Below are positions 38,948 to 47,929 of a stretch of 64,000 nucleotides of DNA, piece after piece. This stretch comes from Calditrichota bacterium (GTDB lineage: Bacteria > Electryoneota > B3-LCP). A program made the position numbers and the translations under genes. Where the stretch lies: contig JAGVQJ010000141.1 in the NCBI GenBank assembly GCA_020051775.1, positions 853 to 64,852 of the forward strand, in the 5' to 3' direction. Each line of letters opens with the position of its first letter. Position 1 is the stretch's first letter. Below the pieces are notes generated by a model. That model saw nothing but the letters and a program-made list of their open reading frames with translations, made no database searches and had not been told where the DNA came from.

Positions 38948-41035
38948 TTGGAGACCCAGGCGCAGTACATCCCCGGAGTGGGGCCGCGCCGCGCCCGCGA
39001 ACTGGAGAAGGTCGGCGTCTTCACTCTGGAAGGTCTGCTTTACTACCTGCCTCGGCGTTATCTGGATCGTTCGTTGGTCGTGCCCATCGCCGACCTCGAA
39101 CTGACCGAACGCGAAGTAACAGTGGTGGGGAAGGTGACCAGTTTCCAGGTCATCGGTGGAGGACCCAACAGCCGCCGGTTCGAATTGAATGTTTCCGATG
39201 GGACCGGCGTCTTGTGCGCGGTCTGGTTCGGCGGTGTGCCCTTCTGGAGCAAGGCGTTTGAGCGCGGACAGACGGTGGCTTTCAGCGGCAAAGTTCGCTT
39301 GTTTCGAGACAGGGTGCAGATGACGCACCCGGCCGTGGATTTCCTGACGGAGGACGAACGCCGCGATCTTAAAGGCAAAACCGGCCGCATCATCTCGCTG
39401 TATTCTTCCGGCGATCCTTTAACGCGTGTAGGCTTGGATAGCGCCGGGTTCCGCCGGCTGATCGCTGATTCCATCCTGCTGGCCAAGGGGAAGATTCCGG
39501 AAACACTCCCTCCGGAATTGATCCGTAAACACGACCTCGTCAGGCGCGAACAAGCGCTGTTCCAGGTGCATTTCCCGGAAGACTTCGATCAAGTCGCCAA
39601 GGCGCTGCGGCGGTTGAAGTTCGAGGAGATCTTTCTCCTACAACTCTCTCTGGCGCTGCGCGAACATCGGCGCAAGACCCGCGACAAGGGAATCGCCTTT
39701 CCTCACCCCGGGACGTTGACACGGCAGGCTTTAAAGCAGTTCCCCTTCGAACTGACTAAGGGGCAGCTTCAGGTCTTGACCGATATTCGGCAGGATATGG
39801 AAGCCGAATATCCCATGAACCGGTTACTGCAAGGGGACGTGGGTGCAGGCAAAACCGCCGTAGTGATGATCGCTCTGGCGATAGCCGTGGAAGGCGGCTA
39901 CCAGGGCGCCGTCATGGCGCCGACGGAAGTCCTGGCGGAGCAGCACTTCCGCACCATGGAGACGTTCTTTGACAAGTTAGGCATACGCACGACACTCCTG
40001 TTGGGAGGGTTGACGGCCGCCGTGCGCCGTTCCCGCCTGGAGGAGATTGCTTCCGGGAAAGCTCAGGTGGTCATCGGCACACATGCCTTGATCCAGGAGG
40101 GCGTTGAATTCCACAAGCTGGGTTTGGTGGTCATTGACGAGCAGCACCGTTTTGGAGTAGCGCAGAGGCTGGGATTGCGCCGCAAGGGCAAAACTCCCGA
40201 CGTGCTGGTGCTGACCGCCACGCCCATCCCCCGATCGCTGGCGCTGACCATGTACGGCGATCTGGACGTTTCACTGTTAAAAGAACGACCGCACAACCGC
40301 AAACCGATCCAGACCAAAATCTATGGCGGTAAAAGGCGCGAGGAGCTCTTTGAAAAAATCCGACTGGAAATGAGCAAGGGGCGGCAGGCGTTCATCGTCT
40401 ACCCGTTGGTGGAAGAATCGGAGAAATTGGACTTGCAGGCGGCGGTGAAAGCTCACGGCGAACTGAGTGCCGGGCCGTTTAAGAATTTCAAGTTGGGATT
40501 GCTGCACGGGCGCATGACCACCGAAGAAAAAGACCGGGTGATGAAGGCCTTCATCGCGCACGAGTATGATCTGCTGGTATCCACGACGGTCATCGAACTG
40601 GGTATTGACGTGCCCAACGCCACGGTGATGGCGGTCATGGGAGCGCAACGCTTCGGGCTGTCAGCGCTGCACCAACTGCGGGGCCGAGTGGGGCGCGGCG
40701 AACATCGCGGCGTCTGCGTCCTGGTGGTGGACCCGCCCATGACCAATGAAGCTCGCGACCGCCTGTCCGTGCTGGAACGCACCGAAGACGGCTTCATCAT
40801 CGCGGATGAGGATCTGCGCATTCGCGGCGGCGGGGAATTCTTCGGCACGCGGCAGTCCGGCGCGCCGGACTTCAAGATCGCCGATCCGGTGGAAGACCGC
40901 GAACTCTTAGAGGTCGCCCGATTCGAGGCCTTTGCCTGGGTCGCCCACGACCCGGATCTAAAAGCCTATCTGCCTCTGCAAGCCTTCTTCGAGCGAGCCT
41001 ATGGGCCGAAGATGGAGCTGATGGACGTGGGGTGA
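38948..41035 (+). CDS. recG: ATP-dependent DNA helicase RecG
   Basis: It has a wedge/OB N-terminus (LPRRYLDRS), helicase motifs (GDVGAGKTAV, VVIDEQHRFGV, LTATPIPRSL, LHGRM, QLRGRVGRG) and a RecG C-terminus. There is no in-frame ATG downstream of the preceding gene's stop. The start is provisionally the TTG at 38948; the ORF-track start at 38759 would overlap the previous gene by 128 nt. Confidence 0.85.
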   Translation: METQAQYIPGVGPRRARELEKVGVFTLEGLLYYLPRRYLDRSLVVPIADLELTEREVTVVGKVTSFQVIGGGPNSRRFELNVSDGTGVLCAVWFGGVPFWSKAFERGQTVAFSGKVRLFRDRVQMTHPAVDFLTEDERRDLKGKTGRIISLYSSGDPLTRVGLDSAGFRRLIADSILLAKGKIPETLPPELIRKHDLVRREQALFQVHFPEDFDQVAKALRRLKFEEIFLLQLSLALREHRRKTRDKGIAFPHPGTLTRQALKQFPFELTKGQLQVLTDIRQDMEAEYPMNRLLQGDVGAGKTAVVMIALAIAVEGGYQGAVMAPTEVLAEQHFRTMETFFDKLGIRTTLLLGGLTAAVRRSRLEEIASGKAQVVIGTHALIQEGVEFHKLGLVVIDEQHRFGVAQRLGLRRKGKTPDVLVLTATPIPRSLALTMYGDLDVSLLKERPHNRKPIQTKIYGGKRREELFEKIRLEMSKGRQAFIVYPLVEESEKLDLQAAVKAHGELSAGPFKNFKLGLLHGRMTTEEKDRVMKAFIAHEYDLLVSTTVIELGIDVPNATVMAVMGAQRFGLSALHQLRGRVGRGEHRGVCVLVVDPPMTNEARDRLSVLERTEDGFIIADEDLRIRGGGEFFGTRQSGAPDFKIADPVEDRELLEVARFEAFAWVAHDPDLKAYLPLQAFFERAYGPKMELMDVG

Positions 41036-41041
41036 AAGAAG

Positions 41042-41069
41042 TTATGAATTATGAGTTATGAGTTATGAA
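41042..41069. repeat. Left copy of a perfect 28-bp terminal inverted repeat (TTATGAATTATGAGTTATGAGTTATGAA)
   Basis: It is exactly the reverse complement of 42953-42980. It consists of four tandem heptamers, TTATGAA/TTATGAG, and starts 6 bp after the recG stop. Confidence 0.9.
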
Positions 41070-41346
41070 AACAATTGTCATCGCTGCACTATTCGGCACG
41101 TAGGGGTCGGGTTTGCCCCGAACCATTGATCCCCCCCTTCCCCCCTTGACAAGGGGGGTGACTGCAGGGTGAGGAAATCGTTGGATTACGCTTCGCTAAT
41201 CCAACCTACTTTACTGAATCACGCAGATTTCACTGATTACGCTGATTATTTACTCTTGTCTGAATCACAGATTCACGCAGATTAAGCAGATTGCGCGGAT
41301 TTTCATCTCCGAAGGGGATGAAAATCGAGCGCTACCGGCACGGATT

Positions 41347-42450
41347 GTGGGACAATTGAATTCAATCAATAGAATGAAGGAGAAGAAGATGCCAACTCCG
41401 CAAGAAAAGCAAATTCTAATCAATATTCAGAAAGATCTCGAGACTCTCGCATTGTATGACGATGGAAAAATGACTCGAAAGGATTTGGCACCTGAGTTAG
41501 AATTTTCATATGTTTCAATTTATATCCAACGATCCTTGGCAATATACAGAAAATTAAAAGATGCACCTCTTGAGTGCTTAGTTGAACAATCATTAAAGCA
41601 AGTTCAACAAAGAGTAGCTCAAGCGGCTGGTAGATATAAGGAGCTAGCAGAGTTTTCAATCGCTAAATATCCCGACAATGTAATGCAAAAGAGAAATAAC
41701 ATAATTCAAGCAATTGTGTCTGAATATTTTGAAGACATAAAGATTCTGCAACCTATAATTGATCTTCTTGTACCAATTGATTCCGAAATAATCAAAATCA
41801 CTAAGGAACAAAAAAAATCTTTGAAATCAATTGAAACAGAGAGATTAAATATTAAGAGTAAATCAGAAGAATTACAGAAAGAAATTGAATTGACTCTGAG
41901 TAACCTACAAAAGGAGAGTAACGAAGCATTGATGGCGGTACGCAGTATTGCTGGTGAGGCTGGAGTTTCTCACCATGCACAAATTTTTGCTCAACAAGCG
42001 AATCAGCATAAAAAGTACGCAAATATTTGGTTGAGTATTTCAGTGGCGGTACTTGTCCTTGCCGTATTTGCAATATCTTGGATTACGAAAACATACATAG
42101 AGGAAATAAAAGATCTAGATGAAATAATTAAGGTACTTCCAATCACAATATCTAGATTAGTCATGGTGACGATTTCTCTATATGCAGTATTGTGGAGCAC
42201 AAAGAATTATAATGCGCATCGACACAATGAAGTGATTAATCGCCATAGGCAAAATGCCTTAAGTACGTTTAAATCATTCGTAGAGGCGGCGAAAGATGAC
42301 CCAGCAACAAAGAATACAATTTTAATACAAGCTACTCAGTGTATTTTTTCTGTGCAAAGGTGTGGTTATTTAAAAGGCGATAGTGATTCAATGATGCCAA
42401 ATAATCTAATTAATATTCCATTGCCTGCATCTCCAAAATTAAAAGACTAA
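41347..42450 (+). CDS. Hypothetical protein: long coiled-coil N-terminal region followed by a two-TM helical hairpin and a short C-terminal domain (SLATT-like architecture)
   Basis: The ORF is AT-rich. Residues 1 to about 215 are K/E/Q-rich helical. The TM helices are IWLSISVAVLVLAVFAISWI and LVMVTISLYAVLWSTKNY. The C-terminus NAHRHNEVINRHRQNALSTFKSFVEAAKDD matches no known family that I recognise. Confidence 0.6.
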   Translation: MGQLNSINRMKEKKMPTPQEKQILINIQKDLETLALYDDGKMTRKDLAPELEFSYVSIYIQRSLAIYRKLKDAPLECLVEQSLKQVQQRVAQAAGRYKELAEFSIAKYPDNVMQKRNNIIQAIVSEYFEDIKILQPIIDLLVPIDSEIIKITKEQKKSLKSIETERLNIKSKSEELQKEIELTLSNLQKESNEALMAVRSIAGEAGVSHHAQIFAQQANQHKKYANIWLSISVAVLVLAVFAISWITKTYIEEIKDLDEIIKVLPITISRLVMVTISLYAVLWSTKNYNAHRHNEVINRHRQNALSTFKSFVEAAKDDPATKNTILIQATQCIFSVQRCGYLKGDSDSMMPNNLINIPLPASPKLKD

Positions 42451-42511
42451 ATACTGTGATTTTTCTTGTCTTTCAATCCGTCTCCGCGGTCGTGCAGGTT
42501 GGCGGGGATCT

Positions 42512-42536
42512 CATTCCGGGGGTTTGATACCCCCGG
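42512..42536. repeat. REP-like palindromic element copy E5
   Basis: CATTCCGGGGG-tttgata-CCCCCGG is followed by CCATTC. Confidence 0.5.
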
Positions 42537-42600
42537 CCATTCAAGCTCATCCACTGCGGGGTTGATGAAGCGTCCACTTTAGTGGACTGAAAGAAGGTAG

Positions 42601-42620
42601 CCCGGGAATTCATTCCCGGG
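42601..42620. repeat. REP-like palindromic element copy E6
   Basis: CCCGGGAAT-tc-ATTCCCGGG is a 9-bp palindrome sharing the GGAAT/ATTCC core. Confidence 0.5.
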
Positions 42621-42642
42621 ATTCGGTTGCGGTCATATTCCC

Positions 42643-42858
42643 ATGCAAGTCTTCAAAACTTTTCTCATCCTCGGGAGCGTGTTCGGCGCCATCGGCGCGG
42701 CGATGGCGTATGTCATCATGTATCATGAGTATCTGGATCATTATCCGGACAAAAAGCAACCGCGCAAGATTGCCTTGGAGGCGGCGATCATCACCTTCTT
42801 GATCTTCTTTGGTTTGTCCGCCGGGTTTGGATATTTCCTGGCGCGGCTGCAAGGATAG
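42643..42858 (+). CDS. Small hypothetical membrane protein (two TM helices, 71 aa)
   Basis: The helices are FLILGSVFGAIGAAMAYVIM and AAIITFLIFFGLSAGFGYFLA. Its codon usage is GC-rich, unlike the neighbouring AT-rich gene. There is no obvious RBS. Confidence 0.4.
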   Translation: MQVFKTFLILGSVFGAIGAAMAYVIMYHEYLDHYPDKKQPRKIALEAAIITFLIFFGLSAGFGYFLARLQG

Positions 42859-42952
42859 GAAGTGAAATTTAATTGGAACATGCGGCAAGCAGTGACGCTT
42901 GCTCTACTAAATTGGGTCGGGGCATGCCCGAACCCTACGAGATGTTTTTTGA

Positions 42953-42980
42953 TTCATAACTCATAACTCATAATTCATAA
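42953..42980. repeat. Right copy of the perfect 28-bp terminal inverted repeat
   Basis: TTCATAACTCATAACTCATAATTCATAA is the reverse complement of 41042-41069. It ends 6 bp before the parA start codon. Confidence 0.9.
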
Positions 42981-42986
42981 TTCCTA

Positions 42987-43751
42987 ATGTCTCGCATCAT
43001 CGCCATAGCCAACCAAAAGGGCGGGGTGGGCAAAACCACCACGGCCGTCAACCTGGCCTGCTTTTTAGCCGCCGCCGAGAAGAAGACTCTGCTGGTGGAT
43101 ATTGACCCGCAGGCCAACGCCACTTCCGGCATGGGTTTAGGCTCGGAGAAACGCGGCAAGACCATCTATGAGGTGCTGATCCAGGAGATGGACCCGCGTG
43201 AAGCCGTCCAGGACACCGATCTGGAATTCCTGAAGATCCTGCCGTCCGACGTCAAGTTGGTGGGCGCGGAGATCGAACTGGTGCCCATGATGAGCCGCGA
43301 GCAGATCTTGCGGCGCGCTCTGACGCCCCTGAAAGCGGAATACGATTACCTGATCATGGACTGCCCGCCGTCTTTGGGGCTGTTGACTCTGAACGCTCTG
43401 ACCTCCGCCGATTCCGTGTTGATCCCCATCCAGTGCGAATACTACGCGCTGGAAGGCATCACCCAGCTTCTGGGCACAGTGCGACTCGTGCAGAAGCATT
43501 TAAACAACGCCCTGGAGATTGAGGGCGTCCTGCTAACCATGTACGACAACCGTCTGAAACTATCCAAACAGGTGCGGACGGATGTGCAGGAATTTTTCCG
43601 CGAAAAAGTCTTTCGCAGCGTCATCACCCGCAACGTCAAACTTTCGGAGGCGCCGTCCTTCGGTCAACCCATCATCTTTTACGATATTGCCTCGCGCGGG
43701 GCGCAAAATTATCTTTCTTTGGCGCAGGAGATCATCAACAATGAACGGTAA
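42987..43751 (+). CDS. parA: Chromosome partitioning ATPase ParA/Soj
   Basis: It has the deviant Walker [22 protein letters not shown] and ParA motifs ([17 protein letters not shown]). Confidence 0.9.
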   Translation: MSRIIAIANQKGGVGKTTTAVNLACFLAAAEKKTLLVDIDPQANATSGMGLGSEKRGKTIYEVLIQEMDPREAVQDTDLEFLKILPSDVKLVGAEIELVPMMSREQILRRALTPLKAEYDYLIMDCPPSLGLLTLNALTSADSVLIPIQCEYYALEGITQLLGTVRLVQKHLNNALEIEGVLLTMYDNRLKLSKQVRTDVQEFFREKVFRSVITRNVKLSEAPSFGQPIIFYDIASRGAQNYLSLAQEIINNER

Positions 43752-44646
43752 GGAAACCGGAAAAGAGAGCAAAGAGCTTCGCAAAGAGAGCCGCCTGGGA
43801 CGGGGTCTGGCAGCTCTACTACCCGAAGGGGCCGATTTGGGCGGACGTTCGCCCAAATACGCCGAAATCGAGGTGGATCTGGTGCATGCCAATCCGCAGC
43901 AGCCTCGAACCACGTTTGACGAGGAGGCCTTAAAAGACCTGTCCGATTCCATCCGCGCCAAGGGGGTGGTACAGCCCATCATCGTGCGGCGCGTAAACGG
44001 GGAGTACGAGCTGATCGCGGGAGAACGACGGCTGCGGGCTTCGCGCATGGCCGGATTAACCCGCATCCCCGCTTACATCGCCGACGTGGCCGACGGATCG
44101 GAGGCTCTGGAACTGGCCTTGATCGAAAACCTGCAACGTGAAGATCTGAACGCGCTGGAAATGGCTGAAGGCTTTCTGAAACTGGCACAGAACTACGGCT
44201 TGACGCAGGAGGAGATTTCCCACCGTGTGGGCAAGAGCCGCGCGGCTGTGGCCAACACCCTGCGCCTGCTGAACCTGGCTCCGCAGGTGCAGGAATCATT
44301 GCGCTCCGGACAGATTACCGCCGGGCATGCGCGAGCCATTTTGTCTTTCGATGACCGCGATCGCCAGACCACGCTTTGGAAACGTATCCTGAAGGACGGA
44401 CTGTCGGTGCGCAAGGCTGAGAGCCTGGCCCGGAAGATGACCGAACCCACGGCCAAGACGCACCACGTTCGCAAACGATCACCGCACGTCAGCCATGTAG
44501 AAGACCGCTTGCGCAACCTGCTGGGTACTCACGTGCGTCTGCACCACAAGCCCGGCAAGGGCGGCAGCATCGAAATCGAGTACTACACCGACGAGGATTT
44601 GGAGCGGATCTTAGAGCTGTTCGAGCTCATGGAGGGGAGCGGGTGA
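43741..44646 (+). CDS. parB: Chromosome partitioning protein ParB/Spo0J
   Basis: It has the ParB box [12 protein letters not shown] and an HTH ([22 protein letters not shown]). The start is the ATG at 43741, an 11-nt overlap with parA; the ORF-track 5' extension is rejected. Confidence 0.9.
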   Translation: MNGKETGKESKELRKESRLGRGLAALLPEGADLGGRSPKYAEIEVDLVHANPQQPRTTFDEEALKDLSDSIRAKGVVQPIIVRRVNGEYELIAGERRLRASRMAGLTRIPAYIADVADGSEALELALIENLQREDLNALEMAEGFLKLAQNYGLTQEEISHRVGKSRAAVANTLRLLNLAPQVQESLRSGQITAGHARAILSFDDRDRQTTLWKRILKDGLSVRKAESLARKMTEPTAKTHHVRKRSPHVSHVEDRLRNLLGTHVRLHHKPGKGGSIEIEYYTDEDLERILELFELMEGSG

Positions 44647-45566
44647 GCGGGGGGTTAAAACGTGCCTTTGGCAGAATAATCTTCTCCCGCCCGATCTTCG
44701 AGATCTTCCAGAAGGCCGGAATTCACATTACCCGGAGGCACTTTTACAGCCCCATTCCGGATACGAGGGATCTGGCGATACGGCGGGATTTGTGGGAAGG
44801 CGAATACGACCTACCGGGAGTGGATTTAAATCCAGCCCGGCAACTGGAGATACTGGAATCCGTCATCCCAAAATATATAACCGAGTGTAATTTCCCCGAA
44901 GAGAAAACGGCCAATACTCACGAATATTACGTCAACAATGGATCATTCGGGCTGGTGTCGGCGGTGACGCTTCACGGCATGATCCGGCACTTTCAGCCTC
45001 GCACGATTATCGAAGTGGGGTCGGGATTTTCCACGCTGGTGTCGGCTCGTGCGGCGCTGATGAACAAAGCGGAAAGCCACCCGGTGAACCTTATCGCCGT
45101 CGAGCCATTTCCTTCAGCACAGCATAAAGCGGGGTTTCCGGGTTTAACCGAGCTGATTCCCCGTCGCGTCGAGGATTTGGGCGTTGGTTTCTTCGAGCGG
45201 TTGCAGAGCGGCGATATCCTGTTCATTGATTCCAGCCACGTCTTGAGGATCGGCGGGGACGTTGCGTTTCTATATCTTGAAGTCCTGCCACGCTTAAAAT
45301 CCGGCGTGGTGGTGCATATTCACGACATCCTCTGGCCGAGGCATTATGCGCGAGACATGGTCATCAACCAGCGAATGTTCTGGAACGAGCAGTATCTCCT
45401 GCAGGCGTTCCTGGCGTTCAATCATGATTTCGAAGTGCTCATGAGCGCCTCCTGGCTGCACGCGAAACACCCGGAAAAAGTGAAGGCAGTCATCCCTCCA
45501 CCGAAATCCAAACCGAAGCTTGAGAATTACGTCTCCAGCAGTTTTTGGATGAGGAGGGTAGGATGA
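44643..45566 (+). CDS. Class I SAM-dependent methyltransferase (TylF/MycF-like O-methyltransferase fold)
   Basis: Motif I is IIEVGSGFST and the post-motif is ILFIDSSH. The GTG start overlaps the parB stop. Confidence 0.7.
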   Translation: MSGGLKRAFGRIIFSRPIFEIFQKAGIHITRRHFYSPIPDTRDLAIRRDLWEGEYDLPGVDLNPARQLEILESVIPKYITECNFPEEKTANTHEYYVNNGSFGLVSAVTLHGMIRHFQPRTIIEVGSGFSTLVSARAALMNKAESHPVNLIAVEPFPSAQHKAGFPGLTELIPRRVEDLGVGFFERLQSGDILFIDSSHVLRIGGDVAFLYLEVLPRLKSGVVVHIHDILWPRHYARDMVINQRMFWNEQYLLQAFLAFNHDFEVLMSASWLHAKHPEKVKAVIPPPKSKPKLENYVSSSFWMRRVG

Positions 45567-45710
45567 CGATTATCTTTAAGTTGAGCACCCGATTAAAATC
45601 GGATGCTCGCCAAAATTAAAGTCGTTAAAACGACTGAAACTAATAGTGGTTTCAACCACTTTACTATGAGCGAGCACTGGAATTTATTCCGGTGTGAAAC
45701 AGGAGATTCC

Positions 45711-47186
45711 ATGAAGCGGATTCAACACTGGCTGCCAGTCACACTTCTCATTATTCTCACTGTCTCATGGCTCGCAGCCCCCTCCTCCGCCTGCTACACT
45801 GTCGTCGTAGGCAAGGACGCTTCGACCCAGGGGTGCGTGATCGTGGGGCACAACGAGGACGACGCCGCTCCGCAGGTGGTCAACCATCACAAGATCGGTC
45901 GGGTGAAACATCCGCCCGGCGCGAAGGTTAAACTCCTTGGCGGGGGCGAAGTGGATCAAGTCCCCGAAACCTGGGCATACTTCTGGGAAGAGATGCCCGG
46001 GATGCTCTTTTCCGACAGTTTCCTGAATGAATGGGGCGTCTGCGTGACTTCGGATAATTGCCCTTCGCGCGAAGACAAACCAGTGCTGACCGATGGCGGC
46101 ATTAGCAAGGATCTGCGCTTTTTAATCGCGCAGCGCGCCACTACCGCTCGCGAAGGCGTAGCCCTCGCCGCCCAACTGGTGGAACGCTTCGGCTACGACC
46201 ACCCCGGCCGCACGTACATCATCGCCGACCCGAAGGAAGGGTGGCTTTTCTGCGCCGTCAACGGCAAACATTGGCTGGCGCAGCGCGTTCCAGACGACCA
46301 GGTGGCCATGGTGGCCAACACATATAGCATCCGCCAGGTAGATCTTAAGGACACTGCCAACGTCAAAGCCAGCACCGACATCGTCCGGTATGCGAAAAAG
46401 CGCGGCTGGTATAATCCCAAGAAGGAAGCCTTCGACTTTGCCGCCGCTTACGCAGATCCAGAAGTGGCAACAGACTCCTCCAACGTCTGCCGGCAGTGGG
46501 CGGGATTGAATTACCTCACGACCAAGCCTCGTTCGCCGCACCAGGAACTGCCTTTCTCCCTGGTCCCCAAGGGTAAACTGGGTGTAGCCGAGGTGACCAA
46601 CATCCTGCGTGATCACTATACCGGGACTGATTTTTATCAACCCGGCCAGGATGCCAATCCGCATAGTGGCAGCATTGGAACGATTTGCAACGAAACGACG
46701 CAAACCAGCTTCGTGGCAGAGTTACGAGGTGATGGCAGTAAGGTCCCGGTTGAGATGGGGCTGGTGTACTGGGTTACTCTGGGGCCGCCCTGCACTTCGG
46801 TTTACTTGCCTTTCCACTTCGGCATGGAGGATTTCCCGTCGTGCTATGTTACAGCGACTGAATCCCCAACGATTTCCAATTGGCAAGCGCGAGTCAGCAC
46901 GCCCTTCGAGGCTGATGCCAGACAGGCATACTGGACCTTCAGCGGCTTTCATCATTGGGTGTTTGAAGATTACACCAATCTCAGAAAGCCGATGGGAGAA
47001 TTCGTAAGACAGTTTCAGAATCGCGCCTTCATTATGCGCGACAATCTGGAGGCGACGTGGTTGCGACCGAATCACGCGCCCGGCTTAACTCAACCGGCCT
47101 TGTTTCAGGCGATGGTGACCAATTATAATTACGGCTTGTACCTGCAGGCCATCGAAGGTATGAGGGAAGTTTTACCAGAGAAATAA
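45711..47186 (+). CDS. Secreted Ntn-hydrolase, peptidase C69 (dipeptidase)-like
   Basis: It has a signal peptide ending AAPSSA, then the nucleophile Cys in CYTVVVGKDASTQGCVIVGHNEDD. The start is the ATG at 45711 with SD AGGAGA. Confidence 0.75.
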   Translation: MKRIQHWLPVTLLIILTVSWLAAPSSACYTVVVGKDASTQGCVIVGHNEDDAAPQVVNHHKIGRVKHPPGAKVKLLGGGEVDQVPETWAYFWEEMPGMLFSDSFLNEWGVCVTSDNCPSREDKPVLTDGGISKDLRFLIAQRATTAREGVALAAQLVERFGYDHPGRTYIIADPKEGWLFCAVNGKHWLAQRVPDDQVAMVANTYSIRQVDLKDTANVKASTDIVRYAKKRGWYNPKKEAFDFAAAYADPEVATDSSNVCRQWAGLNYLTTKPRSPHQELPFSLVPKGKLGVAEVTNILRDHYTGTDFYQPGQDANPHSGSIGTICNETTQTSFVAELRGDGSKVPVEMGLVYWVTLGPPCTSVYLPFHFGMEDFPSCYVTATESPTISNWQARVSTPFEADARQAYWTFSGFHHWVFEDYTNLRKPMGEFVRQFQNRAFIMRDNLEATWLRPNHAPGLTQPALFQAMVTNYNYGLYLQAIEGMREVLPEK

Positions 47187-47267
47187 ACGTCGGGATATGG
47201 GACGATCCCGATTATCAAAATTGATCTAATTACCATACTATCAAATTCATCTAATCAGGAGAGTATC

Positions 47268-47768
47268 ATGAAGAAATTCTTACCCTTACTGCTGATCTTA
47301 TCCCTGATCGTGTTGGGATGTGGCGGCAAGAAGCAGACGGACCAATCCGGAACGGATGCCGGAAAAGCTGAGGGCCAGACGGAGGAACGCGCCAAATCAC
47401 CCGATATGCCGACGGAATCATCGGCTCCAGTCGTCACCACAGAGGGTGGCGTGCAGGTCCAGGACATCAAAGAAGGTACGGGTGACATGGCCGAAGCGGG
47501 CAAGTCGGTTTCCGTGCACTACACCGGCTGGCTGATTGACGGTAAAAAGTTTGACAGCTCCATTGACCGCAACTCGCCGTTCAGCTTCAAGCTGGGCACC
47601 GGCCAGGTCATCAAGGGATGGGACGAAGGTGTAGCCGGGATGAAGGTCGGCGGTATCCGCAAGCTGACCATTCCACCGGATATGGGTTATGGCGATAAAG
47701 GCGCCGGCGGTAGGATTCCACCGGGAGCCACGCTGATTTTCCAGGTGGACCTGCTGGAAGTAAAGTAA
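47268..47768 (+). CDS. FKBP-type peptidyl-prolyl cis-trans isomerase (lipoprotein)
   Basis: It has a lipobox (LIVLGCGG) and the FKBP domain [60 protein letters not shown]. Confidence 0.85.
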   Translation: MKKFLPLLLILSLIVLGCGGKKQTDQSGTDAGKAEGQTEERAKSPDMPTESSAPVVTTEGGVQVQDIKEGTGDMAEAGKSVSVHYTGWLIDGKKFDSSIDRNSPFSFKLGTGQVIKGWDEGVAGMKVGGIRKLTIPPDMGYGDKGAGGRIPPGATLIFQVDLLEVK

Positions 47769-47784
47769 TCTGGAAATCGCCGTC

Positions 47785-47888
47785 GGGGTGGCATGCTTCT
47801 GGCCCCATGGGGGACGAAGCATGTTACTCATACGCTATTTAAGCATGCTTCGTCCAACAAAACCTGTCGGCCTGAAGCATGCCACCCC
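47785..47888. repeat. Nested palindromic element, about 104 nt, in the FKBP-aldolase intergenic region
   Basis: The outer 15-bp arms are GGGGTGGCATGCTTC (47785-47799) and GAAGCATGCCACCCC (47874-47888). The inner 12-bp arms are GGACGAAGCATG (47812-47823) and CATGCTTCGTCC (47844-47855). All share a GAAGCATGC core. Confidence 0.7.
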
Positions 47889-47929
47889 AATATCTTTGCT
47901 TAGTGCCGAAAGTGGAGAGCGATAATCCT

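Noticed and set aside
41036-42986. parS site (TGTTTCACGTGAAACA-like) near parAB
   Set aside because: I searched the recG-parA region and the parB flanks for GTTTCAC/GTGAAAC. Only an unrelated TTTCAC fragment is present, so no parS is called.
43582-43740. 5' extension of the parB ORF
   Set aside because: It overlaps the parA coding region in another frame. The canonical ParB N-terminus begins at the ATG at 43741.
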